A stretch of 63,147 bases of DNA, filler included, from Nemertoderma westbladi (taxonomy: Eukaryota > Animalia > Xenacoelomorpha), in the NCBI GenBank assembly GCA_032718475.1. It is 4 parts of 4 records of this genome, joined end to end, with 100 filler letters (N's around TTAATTAATTAA, not from the genome) between each part and the next. Parts side by side here need not be neighbours in the genome. Positions count along the whole stretch, not along the records: positions 1 to 21,599 come from JAUCBJ010003301.1; 3 more parts are not named here. One strand, given 5' to 3'. The stretch's first letter is position 1, and each line of letters starts with the position of its first letter. Under the pieces are notes generated by a model. It had not been told where the DNA came from. It was given only the letters and a program-made list of their open reading frames with translations, and did not search any database. Of this stretch, positions 1 through 13,706 are shown in pieces. The position numbers and the translations under genes are program-made.

Positions 1-332
1 ACTATATAACATTGGAGGTGTCTCATTGGTTCCCCCAAGCTTGACACTAGAACAAAATCGCCTCCGCTTTGCAGGACATTGCTTTCGCCGTGAGGACCAG
101 CCAGTGCATAATCTTGTACTCTGGCAGCCTCATGGAGTGAATAAGCATGGTGGACAGCCCATGACTTTCTTGAGACGCATCTTAAAGGACACTGGCCTTA
201 AAGATGCGGATGATCTAGCAAATGTCATGGGTGATAGGGAGTTGTGGCGGTGCAATTTTGTTGACATGCCGGCACAGCATTCTTAAAAATGCAGCTGCAA
301 TGCAGCATGCCGATCCTAGTAGTAGTAGTAGT
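1..332 (+). mobile_element. 3' end of RTE-clade LINE with (TAG)n tail, cut by the window start
   Basis: About 99% identical (3 substitutions seen) to 38622-38953. Encodes RLRFAGHCFR...LVLWQP...DRELWR, typical of an RTE ORF C-terminus. Ends in a TAG microsatellite tail at 317-332. Confidence 0.9.
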
Positions 333-700
333 GTGTGGGTCAGTCGGAATTTGTATTTTCTCTTTGATTATTTTGTTACAAACATGGGAAAACATCATCA
401 TTTGAGATGCGCTCCTCCCATCAGTTACTCACATCGCATCAGTCGCACCGAGGCTAGTCGTAATTTTTTAGTACTTTTCGTGATTTTTGGCTAAGAGCGT
501 TCGAGAATGGCAGGTTGTTCCAATCCGCGAAACGATTTATTTACAAATTACTCTAGAATACTAAACAATATATAAACAATTGTATTTTGATTAGTTAAAC
601 CGTGACTTACTACAGATATATTTAGTAGGTCTGGTCTGGTCAAACCCGAACAATCGTAAACATTTTTATTTTTTATTAATTTATTTTATTCCCTATACAG

Positions 701-1211
701 GTCGTTGACCTTGGATGACTGGCCCCCAGAACTCGTACACGTCATGGTCGCTATAGGCAACCAACTCGCAAACTCGTGTTGGGAAGCCTTACTAATGCAG
801 CGCCCCCCAACGGAGTCTCAGGAATCCCTGGAACGGTTTATCCGCTGTAAATACGAGGGGCGGGAATGGCTGGCGGAGCCGCAGTATGGGGCCGACACCG
901 AGTTGGGCAAACAGTTACTGGACGCGGTGGCCCGGGACGACCTAGCCTGCGCGTTGCCGGTGCTAGCCCGGTGCGACCCCACGGAGACCAACCGGAGTCT
1001 GGGCCCCGGCGACGGGAGGACTGCCCTGCACATTGCGGCAGCCAATGGGAACCCGGTTATGTGTCAGCTGTTATTGTGGCAGGGGGCAGACGCGACCGCA
1101 TTGGACGCCCAAGGCCGGTCGGCCCTCACTTACGTTGGTTCCAACCCCAAACTCCAAACAACCTTGTGTATCTCGTTGCTAAGTAACGCGGGTTGTCCAT
1201 CTATATCCTAG
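701..1211 (+). CDS. CenG1A: Terminal coding exon of AGAP/centaurin-gamma (end of ArfGAP domain plus ankyrin repeats)
   Basis: Polypyrimidine tract plus CAG acceptor at 698-700. Translation SLTLDDWPPEL..IGNQLANSCWE..ERFIRCKYE..LGKQLLDAV..GDGRTALHIAA..QLLLWQGAD..DAQGRSAL..AGCP matches the AGAP-family ArfGAP-ANK C-terminus. TAG stop at 1209-1211; candidate AATAAA at 1848. Confidence 0.88.
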
Positions 1212-4200
1212 CAACGGGTTGATGGAGTCAAGCTGTATAAAATTAATAATATTACGCAGATATGAATGTTTTAGTGCCGGGCCGGTTATATTAAATGGAC
1301 GTTTACTAATTTTTCAAATATTAATCCGACGTCAGGAGATTTAATTGATGAAAGTAAAGCGAAGAGTGCCACGCTTATTTCACTCTGTAGTTTAGCCTAT
1401 TTTAGTTGAATATTGTAATATATTGTAAAGGGACTTACAAGAAAGTTGATTTGAATACCCAGGGTGTGATTTTTATATTTTTATAATAATAAATTGAGTG
1501 CGATTTCGTTTAATAATAATTTTACTATTGGGATTATAATATTCTTCATTAGCTTTAGGATTTTAGCATCGTATGTCTTTCAGACATTCGTCTATAACGT
1601 GATAATTATTTAGTCGGAATGGACTAATTATTTAGTTCTTATTTTATGGATATTGGACCGTGGCTAAGAACCTATTGAATGGATCGTGCCAATAACTCCG
1701 ACGGTTATGCGCGTTAAACTAATTGTTAAACTAATGTTTCAGTATAAAATGAGTTACGTCAATTATAACATAAAACTTAGCCTATATTTTATTTATCTGC
1801 AATATTTTTTGATTGTATTTTGTGATAAGTGATTAAATGTTATATTCAATAAATATATATATTGTTTATGTATATTTTGTATATGCATGTATGCGCTGTG
1901 TGTATAAAGGTAAGTTCCAGATAATTTGTGCATATCTTATTGTACAGCTCAGCTACACAGAGAGACCGTTGTATTTAATAATAGGAATGTAAATTACTTA
2001 ATTAATTAAACAGTAAGTTAAACTTGGATAACTCGTCTTTGGAAATGTTTGCTTTTAATTTTGTTGGGGTTATTAATAATAAATCTGGTTAAAAGTCTTC
2101 TGTTTGGTATCGCTTGGGTTTATTATTATCGTGTAGGTTATACCGCCATTAATACTTAATCGGGTTGGGCCGCCGCTGTTTGTGTTGCTTATTGACTTGG
2201 AATCTCCATCCGTAGTTATCGAAAGATTCCCGTTATGTATTCCAGCTACTTGGATTTATTGTTATTTACTTTGAAAGCTGCCGATTTATTTACCTACTTT
2301 ACAGTATAGTTGTCTGTCTACCGATTCGAATATAAAGTGTTATTTTACCTCGTGATTAAATGAATTGTTATTATTCGAAAATTGAAATACCTCTGTAGGT
2401 TAGAAGGTAATTTGTGTGTTATATAACTTTATAAGATGGATGAAAAGGCTTTATCTGACGGGTGAGACCAATACCTCATTATAGGATCATGTCATTGCTT
2501 CTGACATATGTTTTTTACGATAAAATGGTTTTGTAGAGCATAGCTTGAGTAAATTATAACAAGATACTAATTATTGATCGTGACAAATATTACTTCGTGC
2601 TTTATAATAAATTATATTTTTCATATAGGCTCCTACATATATTATGTTTGTAAATATGTATCGCTTTATATATTTATTATTTAATCTATTTATTATTATA
2701 ATATTTATAGATTTGAATAAACCCGATATTTTCATCGTTTAAATAAAATTTCAATTTTCGAATAAGATTTAGTACTCAAAACTGTAATTTAGAACGTGAT
2801 AGAGTTTAGCCTCGCACTGTAATCTTATAAAGTGCTACATTATAAGACATGCAGTTAATATTTGCTACTGTTATCGATATCGGAAGTCGGAACTGATATT
2901 TTCTTACCTGCTTTGTTTCGAGTCTGCGTTTTGCTACACATTGTGCAGTCATTCATCATTTTGTCGCTTGTCTGTTATATCACAGCTGTTTTAATTTCAT
3001 TACAATCATTAATTGTATTTATGTGTTTATTAATTTTTAAATTACTTAGAAAGATTAATTGAGTATTATTAATAATTGTTAGATTAAACTTCATTATAGA
3101 AATATAAATATATGTTTTTAAATAATAATCAGTTTTATTCACAATAAATTTCGCCAAATAATAAGTGGTTGTTGAACAATAACCCCATAATATATACCGG
3201 TACTATTATTACTCAGAAAACTTTAAAGTTATTATTTTTTTTAATTATATTAAAGTTGTCAATATTACTTAACCACGTAACCGCAGTTGGTTGTACTATT
3301 ATAGTAGTACATCCGTATACCACTACGGGGTACCATTATACTTTGTTCACCACCATTAGCTCTAAACACAACTTTACTAATCTAACTGCCCAGCTGGCCG
3401 GAAGTGCGTCTCTACGTCGGAAGTGGCCATACTAGTTTTTTGTAAAAAAATAAAGTTTCTCAAAACTCAACATATGATATATGCTTGTAACCAATACGGT
3501 AAAAGACATTTTTTTAATTTTTACTGCTTGTTCCTTCCTGTCCACTGCCTGTAACCATTATTTTCTAGGAAAATTGGTTACATGCGAGGACATTTCTTTG
3601 CCTGTAACCCTGCATGTAAATGTAATGAGAACATGGTTACTATGCCTGTAACCAGGACAGTTGATGGTACGACTGACACTCCGCCAAACACACATTATAA
3701 ATGATCCGAAGCCCTTCAAACCCACAAATCTTCAAATATTTTCGAGGAGTTTGGATAATTGTTTACAGCCTGAGTAATAATTACAGATTCTATAAAAACA
3801 ATTGTGGGGATTGCCTCCATAATTGCTAATATTATATATTTTCCATTAGGGACATTTTAGGTCCAAAAGGGAAGCATAGTATAAATAAAGTGTTCCAGGA
3901 TATCCTGTGTGTTTAACTTCTACATCTACAGATTATGATACTTCATTACATTTAAAGACAACTTTTCATGCTTTCATTAGGTAACATCTTTAATTTTATT
4001 AAAACCTGATAGAAGCTAGAGTTCCTCATTTAACTGCACCTTTTGTCAAAAATTCACAAAAATCACGTTTTCCGTGGTTTTTTATGCTTTCAAGTAAACG
4101 TTTATGATATACATTTACACTGTAGGGTTTGGCAAACATGGTTTCCCAGATTCCTGCTGCAAAATGTCTACCTGTAACATTTTAATCATCTCAAGTGATA

Positions 4201-4452
4201 ACTTAATCCAGTATCAATTAAGGTAAAGGAGCAGGTTACAGTGGCACATTTACTCGAAAAAACCAATAAACTAAAAACAGGTTACAGATTTAATTTTGGG
4301 AGCAAGAGCAATCAGCTGTTATTTGAGTCGGTTTTCCTCTGGCGCCGCCTTCCATTTAATTGCGTGGAACGCCCCCCCCCCCCCCTGAATGTACAAGCTC
4401 AGCTGATGATAATCCTAAACATATTAATTGTTCAAGTTCATAATTCATTTTG

Positions 4453-4648
4453 TTTTTTATTTGCTTTACTTTGCGACGCAGTAACTTTGTTTACAATATG
4501 ACTGTAGGCGTAGTTTATTTTTTATTTGCTTTACTTTGCGACGCAGTAACTTTGTTTACAATATGACTGTAGGCGCAGTTTATTTTTTATTTGCTTTACT
4601 TTGCGACGCAGTAACTTTGTTTACAATATGACTGTAGGCGTAGTTTAT
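4453..4648. repeat. 65-bp x3 tandem repeat that triplicates the 3' end of the EF-hand CDS including its stop codon
   Basis: TTGCTTTACT recurs at 4461, 4526 and 4591; units differ by about one base. Confidence 0.95.
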
Positions 4649-4726
4649 CCATTCGTTCAATGAAATAGTTCCGTTCCGGTTCGTGTCCATTACATCAAAA
4701 TAGGCTCTTCTAACCAACAATCGAAC
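4580..4726 (-). CDS. Last coding exon of four-EF-hand calcium-binding protein (fourth EF-hand)
   Basis: Not in the ORF track. Minus-strand TTTTAG acceptor at 4727, then VRLLVRRAYFDVMDTNRNGTISLNEWINYAYSHIVNKVTASQSKANKK*. Canonical loop DTNRNGTISLNE. Phase 0 matches the donor at 14118, and it parallels the internal repeat RKQMFIDMDIEKEGYVTLDNWIQFAVRHI. Confidence 0.9.
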   Translation of the reverse strand, partial: VRLLVRRAYFDVMDTNRNGTISLNEWINYAYSHIVNKVTASQSKANKK

Positions 4727-5044
4727 CTAAAATTGTAATTTAATAAATAGATGTGAGTAGCAGAGGTCTACTACCGATGTTTAGTTTCCGTTAAAACAAG
4801 GAAATATGTTAAGTATATAATGTTGTAAGCATTACGGTTGAAGCTGATCCGACAAATTTGTTACATTATGCTATGCGAATAACGATAAAGAGGATTTGTA
4901 TCTATTTAGTTTTATTTATTTGTATGGAAATGGAATTAATTTCGCACTATCAAATCGCCAGAGCGACATATTTTCTAACTTTATATCGCAGTGCGACATT
5001 ATTTATCAGTCTACGCCATACATTTTACTATGTATTTCCCAGTA

Positions 5045-5912
5045 CACCATGTCCCAGAATATAGTGTCGTAATTCAGTGACACCCCCCCCCCCCCCCCCC
5101 CCCCTAATTTTTCTACAAATCTTAATGAGATTGCATGAAATTTGAAACAGAGATAGTTTCACCTCCCGACCACTGACTGGGTGAGCCAGAATTTTTATTT
5201 TTGCTTTCAATCTTTAGCTACAAGCGTTTTAAAATAAGTGTCTCCAGCGATATTGCACCAGTTACACCGCAGTTATTCTTCTACCTTATAGCTGTTTGTT
5301 GGTACCAATGGAAAGCTGGTCATGCAAGGATTCCAAATATGTAACACAATTTGAATTTGGTTGAAAAATAGCTGAGATATGAGCGTTCAAATGTTGCATT
5401 GTTTTGCAACGACGCGAGGCAATTTTATTCTATTTAATAAATAAACCATATTCTGGAATATTTTTTAAATGTATGAATATTTGGATAAACAAAATATTCC
5501 AGAATATGATGCATTTATTAAATAGAATAAAATAGCCTCGCGCAGGTGCATAACCATGCGACATTTGAACGCCCATATCTCAGCTATTTCTAAACGTAAT
5601 TCTAATTGTGTTACATATTTGGAATCCTTGCATGACCAGCTTTCCATTGGTACCAACAAACAGCTATAAGGTAGAAGAATAACTGCGGTGTAACTGGTGT
5701 AATATCGCTGGAGACACTTTTTTTAAACGCTTGTAGCTAAAGATTGAAAGCAAAAATAAAAATTCTGGCTCACCCAGTAGTGGTCGGGAGGTGAAACTAT
5801 CTCTGTTTCAAGATTTCTGCAATCTCATTAAGATTTGTAGAAAAATTAGGGGGGGGGGGGGGGGGGGGGGGGCGTGTCACTGAATTACGACACTATATTC
5901 TGGGACATGGTG
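5045..5912. mobile_element. Fold-back MITE, Tc1/mariner-type (TA target duplication)
   Basis: Arms of about 420 bp form a near-perfect inverted repeat (CACCATGTCCCAGAATATAG...CTATATTCTGGGACATGGTG) around a ~26-bp spacer (5465-5490). TA on both sides (5043-5044, 5913-5914). Confidence 0.9.
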
Positions 5913-6169
5913 TATATCCAATATGTCACCGCGTCATTAATAGGTTGTTCTAGAAAGTTTAAGTGCATAACTACAAATAATTCCAAACAAATAAATAAAC
6001 TTAGATTCGCCATTGTTCTTAATTAGCACTTTAAAGTTTTACGGCCCTCGTTTTGTTATTTTCTTACAAAATCACTCGTGCCGTGCTATTTCATGAATAA
6101 TGACGTATATAGTTATTATGCCAAAATTGTATCTTTACGCAAACGAAACATTTCGTTGTTTAAACATTG

Positions 6170-9100
6170 GTTAGGTGTAAAACGCGTATCCGGATACAGG
6201 ATCTGGATACGGATCAGGATTTGCGAGTGTAAAAGGCGGGTCCGGATTTACATACAATCCGGAACTGAGTGTAATATGCGGATTCTGAAATACGAATCCG
6301 TATTGCAGTGTAAAACGCGGATTCATATATTTTGTGAATCTGGGATGGAGTGTAAAACACGGATTTACGTTAATTACCAAATGTTATTGGATCCGGGGAG
6401 GGGTGTAAAACGCGGATTCAAGTTAATTACCAAATTTTTATGGATCCGGGAATGGGTGTAAAACGCGGATTCATGTTAATTACAAAGTGTTACTGGATCC
6501 GGGAAGTGGTGTAAATGTAAAACGCGGATTCTATTTATTTACCAAGTGTTACTGGATCCGGGAAGGGGTGTAAAACGCGGATTCGAGTTGATTACCAAGT
6601 GTTATTGGATCCGGGAAGGGGTGCAAAACGCAGATTCAATTTGATTACAAAGTGTTAATGGATCCGGGAAGGGGTGTAAAACGCAGATTCAAGTTAGTTA
6701 TTACAAAGGGATACTGGATCCGGGAATGGGTGTAAAACGCGGATTCAATTTATTTACAAAGTGTTACTGGATCCGGGAATGGGTGTAAAACACGGATTCA
6801 AGTTAATTACCAAGTGTTATTGGATCCGGGAAGGGGTGTAAAACGCAGATTCAATTTGATTACAAAGTGTTAATGGATCCGGGAAGGGGTGTAAAACGCA
6901 GATTCAAGTTAGTTATTACAAAGGGATACTGGATCCGGGAATGGGTGTAAAACACGGATTCAAGTTAATTACCAAGTGTTATTGGATCCGGGAAGGGGTG
7001 TAAAACGCAGATTCAAGTGTTGATTACAAAGTGTTAACGGATCCGGGAAGGGGTGTAAAACGCAGATTCAAGTTAGTTATTACAAAGGGATACTGGATCC
7101 GGGAATGGGTGTAAAACACGGATTCAAGTTAATTACAGTACAAAGTGTTATTGGATCCGGGAAGGGGTGTAAACGCAGATTCATTTTGATTACAAAGTGT
7201 TAATGGATCCGGGAAGGGGTGTAAAACGCAGATTCGAGTTAGTTATTACAAAGGGATACTGGATCCGGGAATGGGTGTAAAACACGGATTCAAGTTAATT
7301 ACCAAGTGTTATTGGATCCGGGAAGGGGTGTGAAACGCGTATTCGAGTTAACTACAAAGTGTTACTGGATCCGGGAAGGTGTGTATAACGCGGATTCAAG
7401 TTCTGGATTGGGGAAGGGTTGTAAAACGCGGTTTCGAGTTAATTATTACAAAGTGTTACTGGATCCGGGAAGGGGTGTAAAACACGGATTCAAGAGTTAT
7501 TACAAAGTGTTAATGGATCCGGGAAGGGGTGTAAAACGCAGATTCAAGTTAGTTATTACAAAGGGATACTGGATCCGGGAATGGGTGTAAAACACGGATT
7601 CAAGTTAATTACCAAGTGTTATTGGATCCGTGAAGGGGTGTAAAACGCAGATTCAAGTTAGTTATTACAAAGGGATACTGGATCCGGGAATGGGTGTAAA
7701 ACACGGATTCAAGTTAATTACAGTACAAAGTGTTATTGGATCCGGGAAGGGGTGTAAAACACGGATTCAAGAGTTATTACAAAGTGTTAACGGATCCGTG
7801 AAGGGGTGTAAAACGCAGATTCAAGTTAGTTATTACAAAGGGATACTGGATCCGGGAATGGGTGTAAAACACGGATTCAAGTTAATTACAGTACAAAGTG
7901 TTATTGGATCCGGGAAGGGGTGTAAAACGCAGATTCATTTTGATTACAAAGTGTTAATGGATCCGGGAAGGGGTGTAAAACGCAGATTCGAGTTAGTTAT
8001 TACAAAGGGATACTGGATCCGGGAATGGGTGTAAAACACGGATTCAAGTTAATTACCAAGTGTTATTGGATCCGGGAAGGGGTGTAAAACGCAGATTCAA
8101 TTTGATTACAAAGTGTTAATGGATCCGTGAAGGGGTGTAAAACGCAGATTCAAGTTAGTTATTACAAAGGGATACTGGATCCGGGAAAGGGTGTAAAACA
8201 CGGATTCAAGTTAATTACAGTACAAAGTGTTATTGGATCCGGGAAGGGGTGTAAAACACGGATTCAAGAGTTATTACAAAGTGTTAATGGATCCGGGAAG
8301 GGGTGTAAAACGCAGATTCAAGTTAGTTATTACAAAGGGATACTGGATCCGGGAATGGGTGTAAAACACGGATTCAAGTTAATTACCAAGTGTTATTGGA
8401 TCCGGGAAGGGGTGTAAAACGCAGATTCATTTTGATTACAAAGTGTTAATGGATCCGGGAAGGGGTGTAAAACGCAGATTCGAGTTAGTTATTACAAAGG
8501 GATACTGGATCCGGGAATGGGTGTAAAACACGGATTCAAGTTAATTACAGTACAAAGTGTTATTGGATCCGGGAAGGGGTGTAAAACGCAGATTAAATTT
8601 GATTACAAAGTGTTAATGGATCCGTGAAGGGGTGTAAAACGCAGATTAAATTTGATTACAAAGTGTTAATGGATCCGGGAAGGGGTGTAAAACGCAGATT
8701 CAAGTTAGTTATTACAAAGGGATACTGGATCCGGGAATGGGTGTAAAACACGGATTCAAGTTAATTACAGTACAAAGTGTTATTGGATCCGGGAAGGGGT
8801 GTAAAACACGGATTCAAGAGTTATTACAAAGTGTTAATGGATCCGGGAAGGGGTGTAAAACGCAGATTCAAGTTAGTTATTACAAAGGGATACTGGATCC
8901 GGGAATGGGTGTAAAACACGGATTCAAGTTAATTACCAAGTGTTATTGGATCCGGGAAGGGGTGTAAAACGCAGATTCAATTTGATTACAAAGTGTTAAT
9001 GGATCCGTGAAGGGGTGTAAAACGCAGATTCTAGTTAGTTATTACAAAGGGATACTGGATCCGGGAATGGGTGTAAAACACGGATTCAAGTTAATTACAG

Positions 9101-12100
9101 TACAAAGTGTTATTGGATCCGGGAAGGGGTGTAAAACGCAGATTCATTTTGATTACAAAGTGTTAATGGATCCGGGAAGGGGTGTAAAACGCAGATTCGA
9201 GTTAGTTATTACAAAGGGATACTGGATCCGGGAATGGGTGTAAAACACGGATTCAAGTTAATTACCAAGTGTTATTGGATCCGGGAAGGGGTGTGAAACG
9301 CGGATTCGAGTTAACTACAAAGTGTTACTGGATCCGGGAAGGTGTGTATAACGCGGATTCAAGTTCTGGATTGGGGAAGGGTTGTAAAACGCGGTTTCGA
9401 GTTAATTATTACAAAGTGTTACTGGATCCGGGAAGGGGTGTAAAACACGGATTCAAGAGTTATTACAAAGTGTTAATGGATCCGGGAAGGGGTGTAAAAC
9501 GCAGATTCAAGTTAGTTATTGCAAAGGGATTCTGGATCCGGGAATGGGTGTAAAACACGGATTCAAGTTAATTACAGTACAAAGTGTTATTGGATCCGGG
9601 AAGGGGTGTAAAACACGGATTCAAGAGTTATTACAAAGTGTTAATGGATCCGGGAAGGGGTGTAAAACGCAGATTCAAGTTAGTTATTACAAAGGGATAC
9701 TGGATCCGGGAATGGGTGTAAAACACGGATTCAAGTTAATTACAGTACAAAGTGTTATTGGATCCGGGAAGGGGTGTAAAACACGGATTCAAGAGTTATT
9801 ACAAAGTGTTAATGGATCCGGGAAGGGGTGTAAAACGCAGATTCAAGTTAGTTATTACAAAGGGATACTGGATCCGGGAATGGGTGTAAAACACGGATTC
9901 AAGTTAATTACCAAGTGTTATTGGATCCGGGAAGGGGTGTAAAACGCAGATTCAATTTGATTACAAAGTGTTAATGGATCCGTGAAGGGGTGTAAAACGC
10001 AGATTCTAGTTAGTTATTACAAAGGGATACTGGATCCGGGAATGGGTGTAAAACACGGATTCAAGTTAATTACAGTACAAAGTGTTATTGGATCCGGGAA
10101 GGGGTGTAAAACACGGATTCAAGAGTTATTACAAAGTGTTAATGGATCCGGGAAGGGGTGTAAAACGCAGATTCAAGTTAGTTATTACAAAGGGATACTG
10201 GATCCGGGAATGGGTGTAAAACACGGATTCAAGTTAATTACCAAGTGTTATTGGATCCGGGAAGGGGTGTAAAACGCAGATTCAATTTGATTACAAAGTG
10301 TTAATGGATCCGTGAAGGGGTGTAAAACGCAGATTCTAGTTAGTTATTACAAAGGGATACTGGATCCGGGAATGGGTGTAAAACACGGATTCAAGTTAAT
10401 TACAGTACAAAGTGTTATTGGATCCGGGAAGGGGTGTAAAACGCAGATTCATTTTGATTACAAAGTGTTAATGGATCCGGGAAGGGGTGTAAAACGCAGA
10501 TTCGAGTTAGTTATTACAAAGGGATACTGGATCCGGGAATGGGTGTAAAACACGGATTCAAGTTAATTACCAAGTGTTATTGGATCCGGGAAGGGGTGTG
10601 AAACGCGGATTCGAGTTAACTACAAAGTGTTACTGGATCCGGGAAGGTGTGTATAACGCGGATTCAAGTTCTGGATTGGGGAAGGGTTGTAAAACGCGGT
10701 TTCGAGTTAATTATTACAAAGTGTTACTGGATCCGGGAAGGGGTGTAAAACACGGATTCAAGAGTTATTACAAAGTGTTAATGGATCCGGGAAGGGGTGT
10801 AAAACGCAGATTCAAGTTAGTTATTGCAAAGGGATTCTGGATCCGGGAATGGGTGTAAAACACGGATTCAAGTTAATTACATTACAAAGTGTTATTGGAT
10901 CCGGGAAGGGGTGTAAAACGCAGATTCAATTTGATTACAAAGTGTTAATGGATCCGGGAAGGGGTGTAAAACGCAGATTCAAGTTAGTTATTACAAAGGG
11001 ATACTGGATCCGGGAATGGGTGTAAAACACGGATTCAAGTTAATTACCAAGTGTTATTGGATCCGGGAAGGGGTGTAAAACGCAGATTAAATTTGATTAC
11101 AAAGTGTTAATGGATCCGGGAAGGGGTGTAAAACGCAGATTCAAGTTAGTTATTACAAAGGGATACTGGATCCGGGAATGGGTGTAAAACAAGGATTCAA
11201 GTTAATTACCAAGTGTTATTGGATCCGGGGAGGGGTGTGAAACACGGATTCGGGAAGGGGTGTAAAACGCAAATTCAAGTTAGTTATTACAAAGGGATAC
11301 TGGATCCGGGAATGGGTGTAAAACACGGATTCAAGTTAATTACAGTACAAAGTGTTATTGGATCCGGGAAGGGGTGTAAAACACGGATTCAAGAGTTATT
11401 ACAAAGTGTTAATGGATCCGGGAAGGGGTGTAAAACGCAGATTCAAGTTAGTTATTACAAAGGGATACTGGATCCGGGAATGGGTGTAAAACACGGATTC
11501 AAGTTAATTACCAAGTGTTATTGGATCCGGGAAGGGGTGTAAAACGCAGATTCAATTTGATTACAAAGTGTTAATGGATCCGTGAAGGGGTGTAAAACGC
11601 AGATTCAAGTTAGTTATTACAAAGGGATACTGGATCCGGGAATGGGTGTAAAACACGGATTCAAGTTAATTACAGTACAAAGTGTTATTGGATCCGGGAA
11701 GGGGTGTAAAACGCAGATTCATTTTGATTACAAAGTGTTAATGGATCCGGGAAGGGGTGTAAAACGCAGATTCGAGTTAGTTATTACAAAGGGATACTGG
11801 ATCCGGGAATGGGTGTAAAACACGGATTCAAGTTAATTACCAAGTGTTATTGGATCCGGGAAGGGGTGTGAAACGCGGATTCGAGTTAACTACAAAGTGT
11901 TACTGGATCCGGGAAGGTGTGTATAACGCGGATTCAAGTTCTGGATTGGGGAAGGGTTGTAAAACGCGGTTTCGAGTTAATTATTACAAAGTGTTACTGG
12001 ATCCGGGAAGGGGTGTAAAACACGGATTCAAGAGTTATTACAAAGTGTTAATGGATCCGGGAAGGGGTGTAAAACGCAGATTCAAGTTAGTTATTACAAA

Positions 12101-13363
12101 GGGATTCTGGATCCGGGAATGGGTGTAAAACACGGATTCAAGTTAATTACATTACAAAGTGTTATTGGATCCGGGAAGGGGTGTAAAACGCAGATTCAAT
12201 TTGATTACAAAGTGTTAATGGATCCGGGAAGGGGTGTAAAACGCAGATTCAAGTTAGTTATTACAAAGGGATACTGGATCCGGGAATGGGTGTAAAACAC
12301 GGATTCAAGTTAATTACAGTACAAAGTGTTATTGGATCCGGGAAGGGGTGTAAAACGCAGATTAAATTTGATTACAAAGTGTTACTGGATCCGTGAAGGG
12401 GTGTAAAACGCAGATTAAATTTGATTACAAAGTGTTAATGGATCCGGGAAGGGGTGTAAAACGCAGATTCAAGTTAGTTATTACAAAGGGATACTGGATC
12501 CGGGAATGGGTGTAAAACACGGATTCAAGTTAATTACCAAGTGTTATTGGATCCGGGAAGGGGTGTAAAACGCAGATTAAATTTGATTACAAAGTGTTAA
12601 TGGATCCGGGAAGGGGTGTAAAACGCAGATTCAAGTTAGTTATTACAAAGGGATACTGGATCCGGGAATGGGTGTAAAACACGGATTCAAGTTAATTACC
12701 AAGTGTTATTGGATCCGGGAATGGGTGTAAAACACGGATTCAAGTTAATTACCAAGTGTTATTGGATCCGGGAAGGGGTGTGAAACACGGATTCAAGTTA
12801 ATTACAAAGTGTTATTGGATCCGGGAAGGGGTGTAAAACGCAGATTCAAGTTAGTTATTACAAAGGGATACTGGATCCGGGAATGGGTGTAAAACACGGA
12901 TTCAAGTTAATTACAGTACAAAGTGTTATTGGATCCGGGAAGGGGTGTAAAACGCAGATTCAATTTGATCACAAAGTGTTAATGGAAGGGGTGTAAAACA
13001 CGGATTCAATTTTATTACCTAGCGTTATTGGATCCGGGAAGGGGTGTAAAACACGGATTCAATTTTATTACCAAGCGTTATTGGATCCGGGGAGGGGTGT
13101 AAAATGCGGATGCGAGTTAATTATTACAAAGTGTTAATGGATCCAGGAAGGGGTGTAAAACGCGGATTCGAGTTAATTATTACAAAGTGCTACTGGATCC
13201 GAGATTTGGTGTAAAACACGGATTAAAGTTGATTACAAAGTGTTACTAGATCCGGGAAGGGGTGTAAAGCGCGGATTCTAGTTAATTACTACAAAGTTTT
13301 ACTGGATCCGGGAAGGGGTGTAAAACGCGGATTCCATTTATTTACAAAGTGTTACTGGATCCG
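6170..13363 (+). repeat. Satellite array of 53-58-bp GGATCC-containing monomers with higher-order structure
   Basis: Monomers such as GGATCCGGGAAGGGGTGTAAAACGCAGATTCAAGTTAGTTATTACAAAGGGATACT (56 bp), with 53- and 58-bp variants. Roughly 130 copies, degenerate at both edges. Confidence 0.97.
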
Positions 13364-13439
13364 TCGTAGATAGGACATTACACACACATTACATTAACAT
13401 TACACATTAGATTGGACAGTGGATCGTATATTTGAAATA

Positions 13440-13706
13440 ATTAACTTGAATCCGCGTTTTACACCCCTTCCCGGATCCAATGACACTTTGTAATAAACCT
13501 GAATCCGCATTTTACACCCAAACTTGAATACGCGTTTTACACCCCTTCCCGAATCCAATAACACTTTGTAATAAACCTGAATCCGTATTTTACACCCAAA
13601 CTTGAATACGCGTTTTACACCCCTTCCCAAATCCAATAACACTTTGTAATAAACCTGAATCCGTATTTTACACCCATTCCCGGATCCGCGTTTTACTCTG
13701 ACCCTT
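13440..13706 (-). repeat. Short inverted block of the same satellite family
   Basis: AACTTGAATCCGCGTTTTACACCCCTTCCCGGATCC is the reverse complement of the monomer; several partial units are present. Confidence 0.92.

Noticed and set aside
2862-3435. Short hydrophobic ORFs in AT-rich DNA (also 20747-21388)
   Set aside because: Composition-driven; no motifs or splice support.
3395-3436. GC-rich segment ending CTAG-T, like a Helitron 3' end
   Set aside because: Weak hairpin and no identifiable 5' end.
6170-13363. CRISPR-like appearance of regularly spaced repeats (also 27300-27815 and 61411-61870)
   Set aside because: No unique spacers, no cas genes, eukaryotic context; these are plain tandem repeats.
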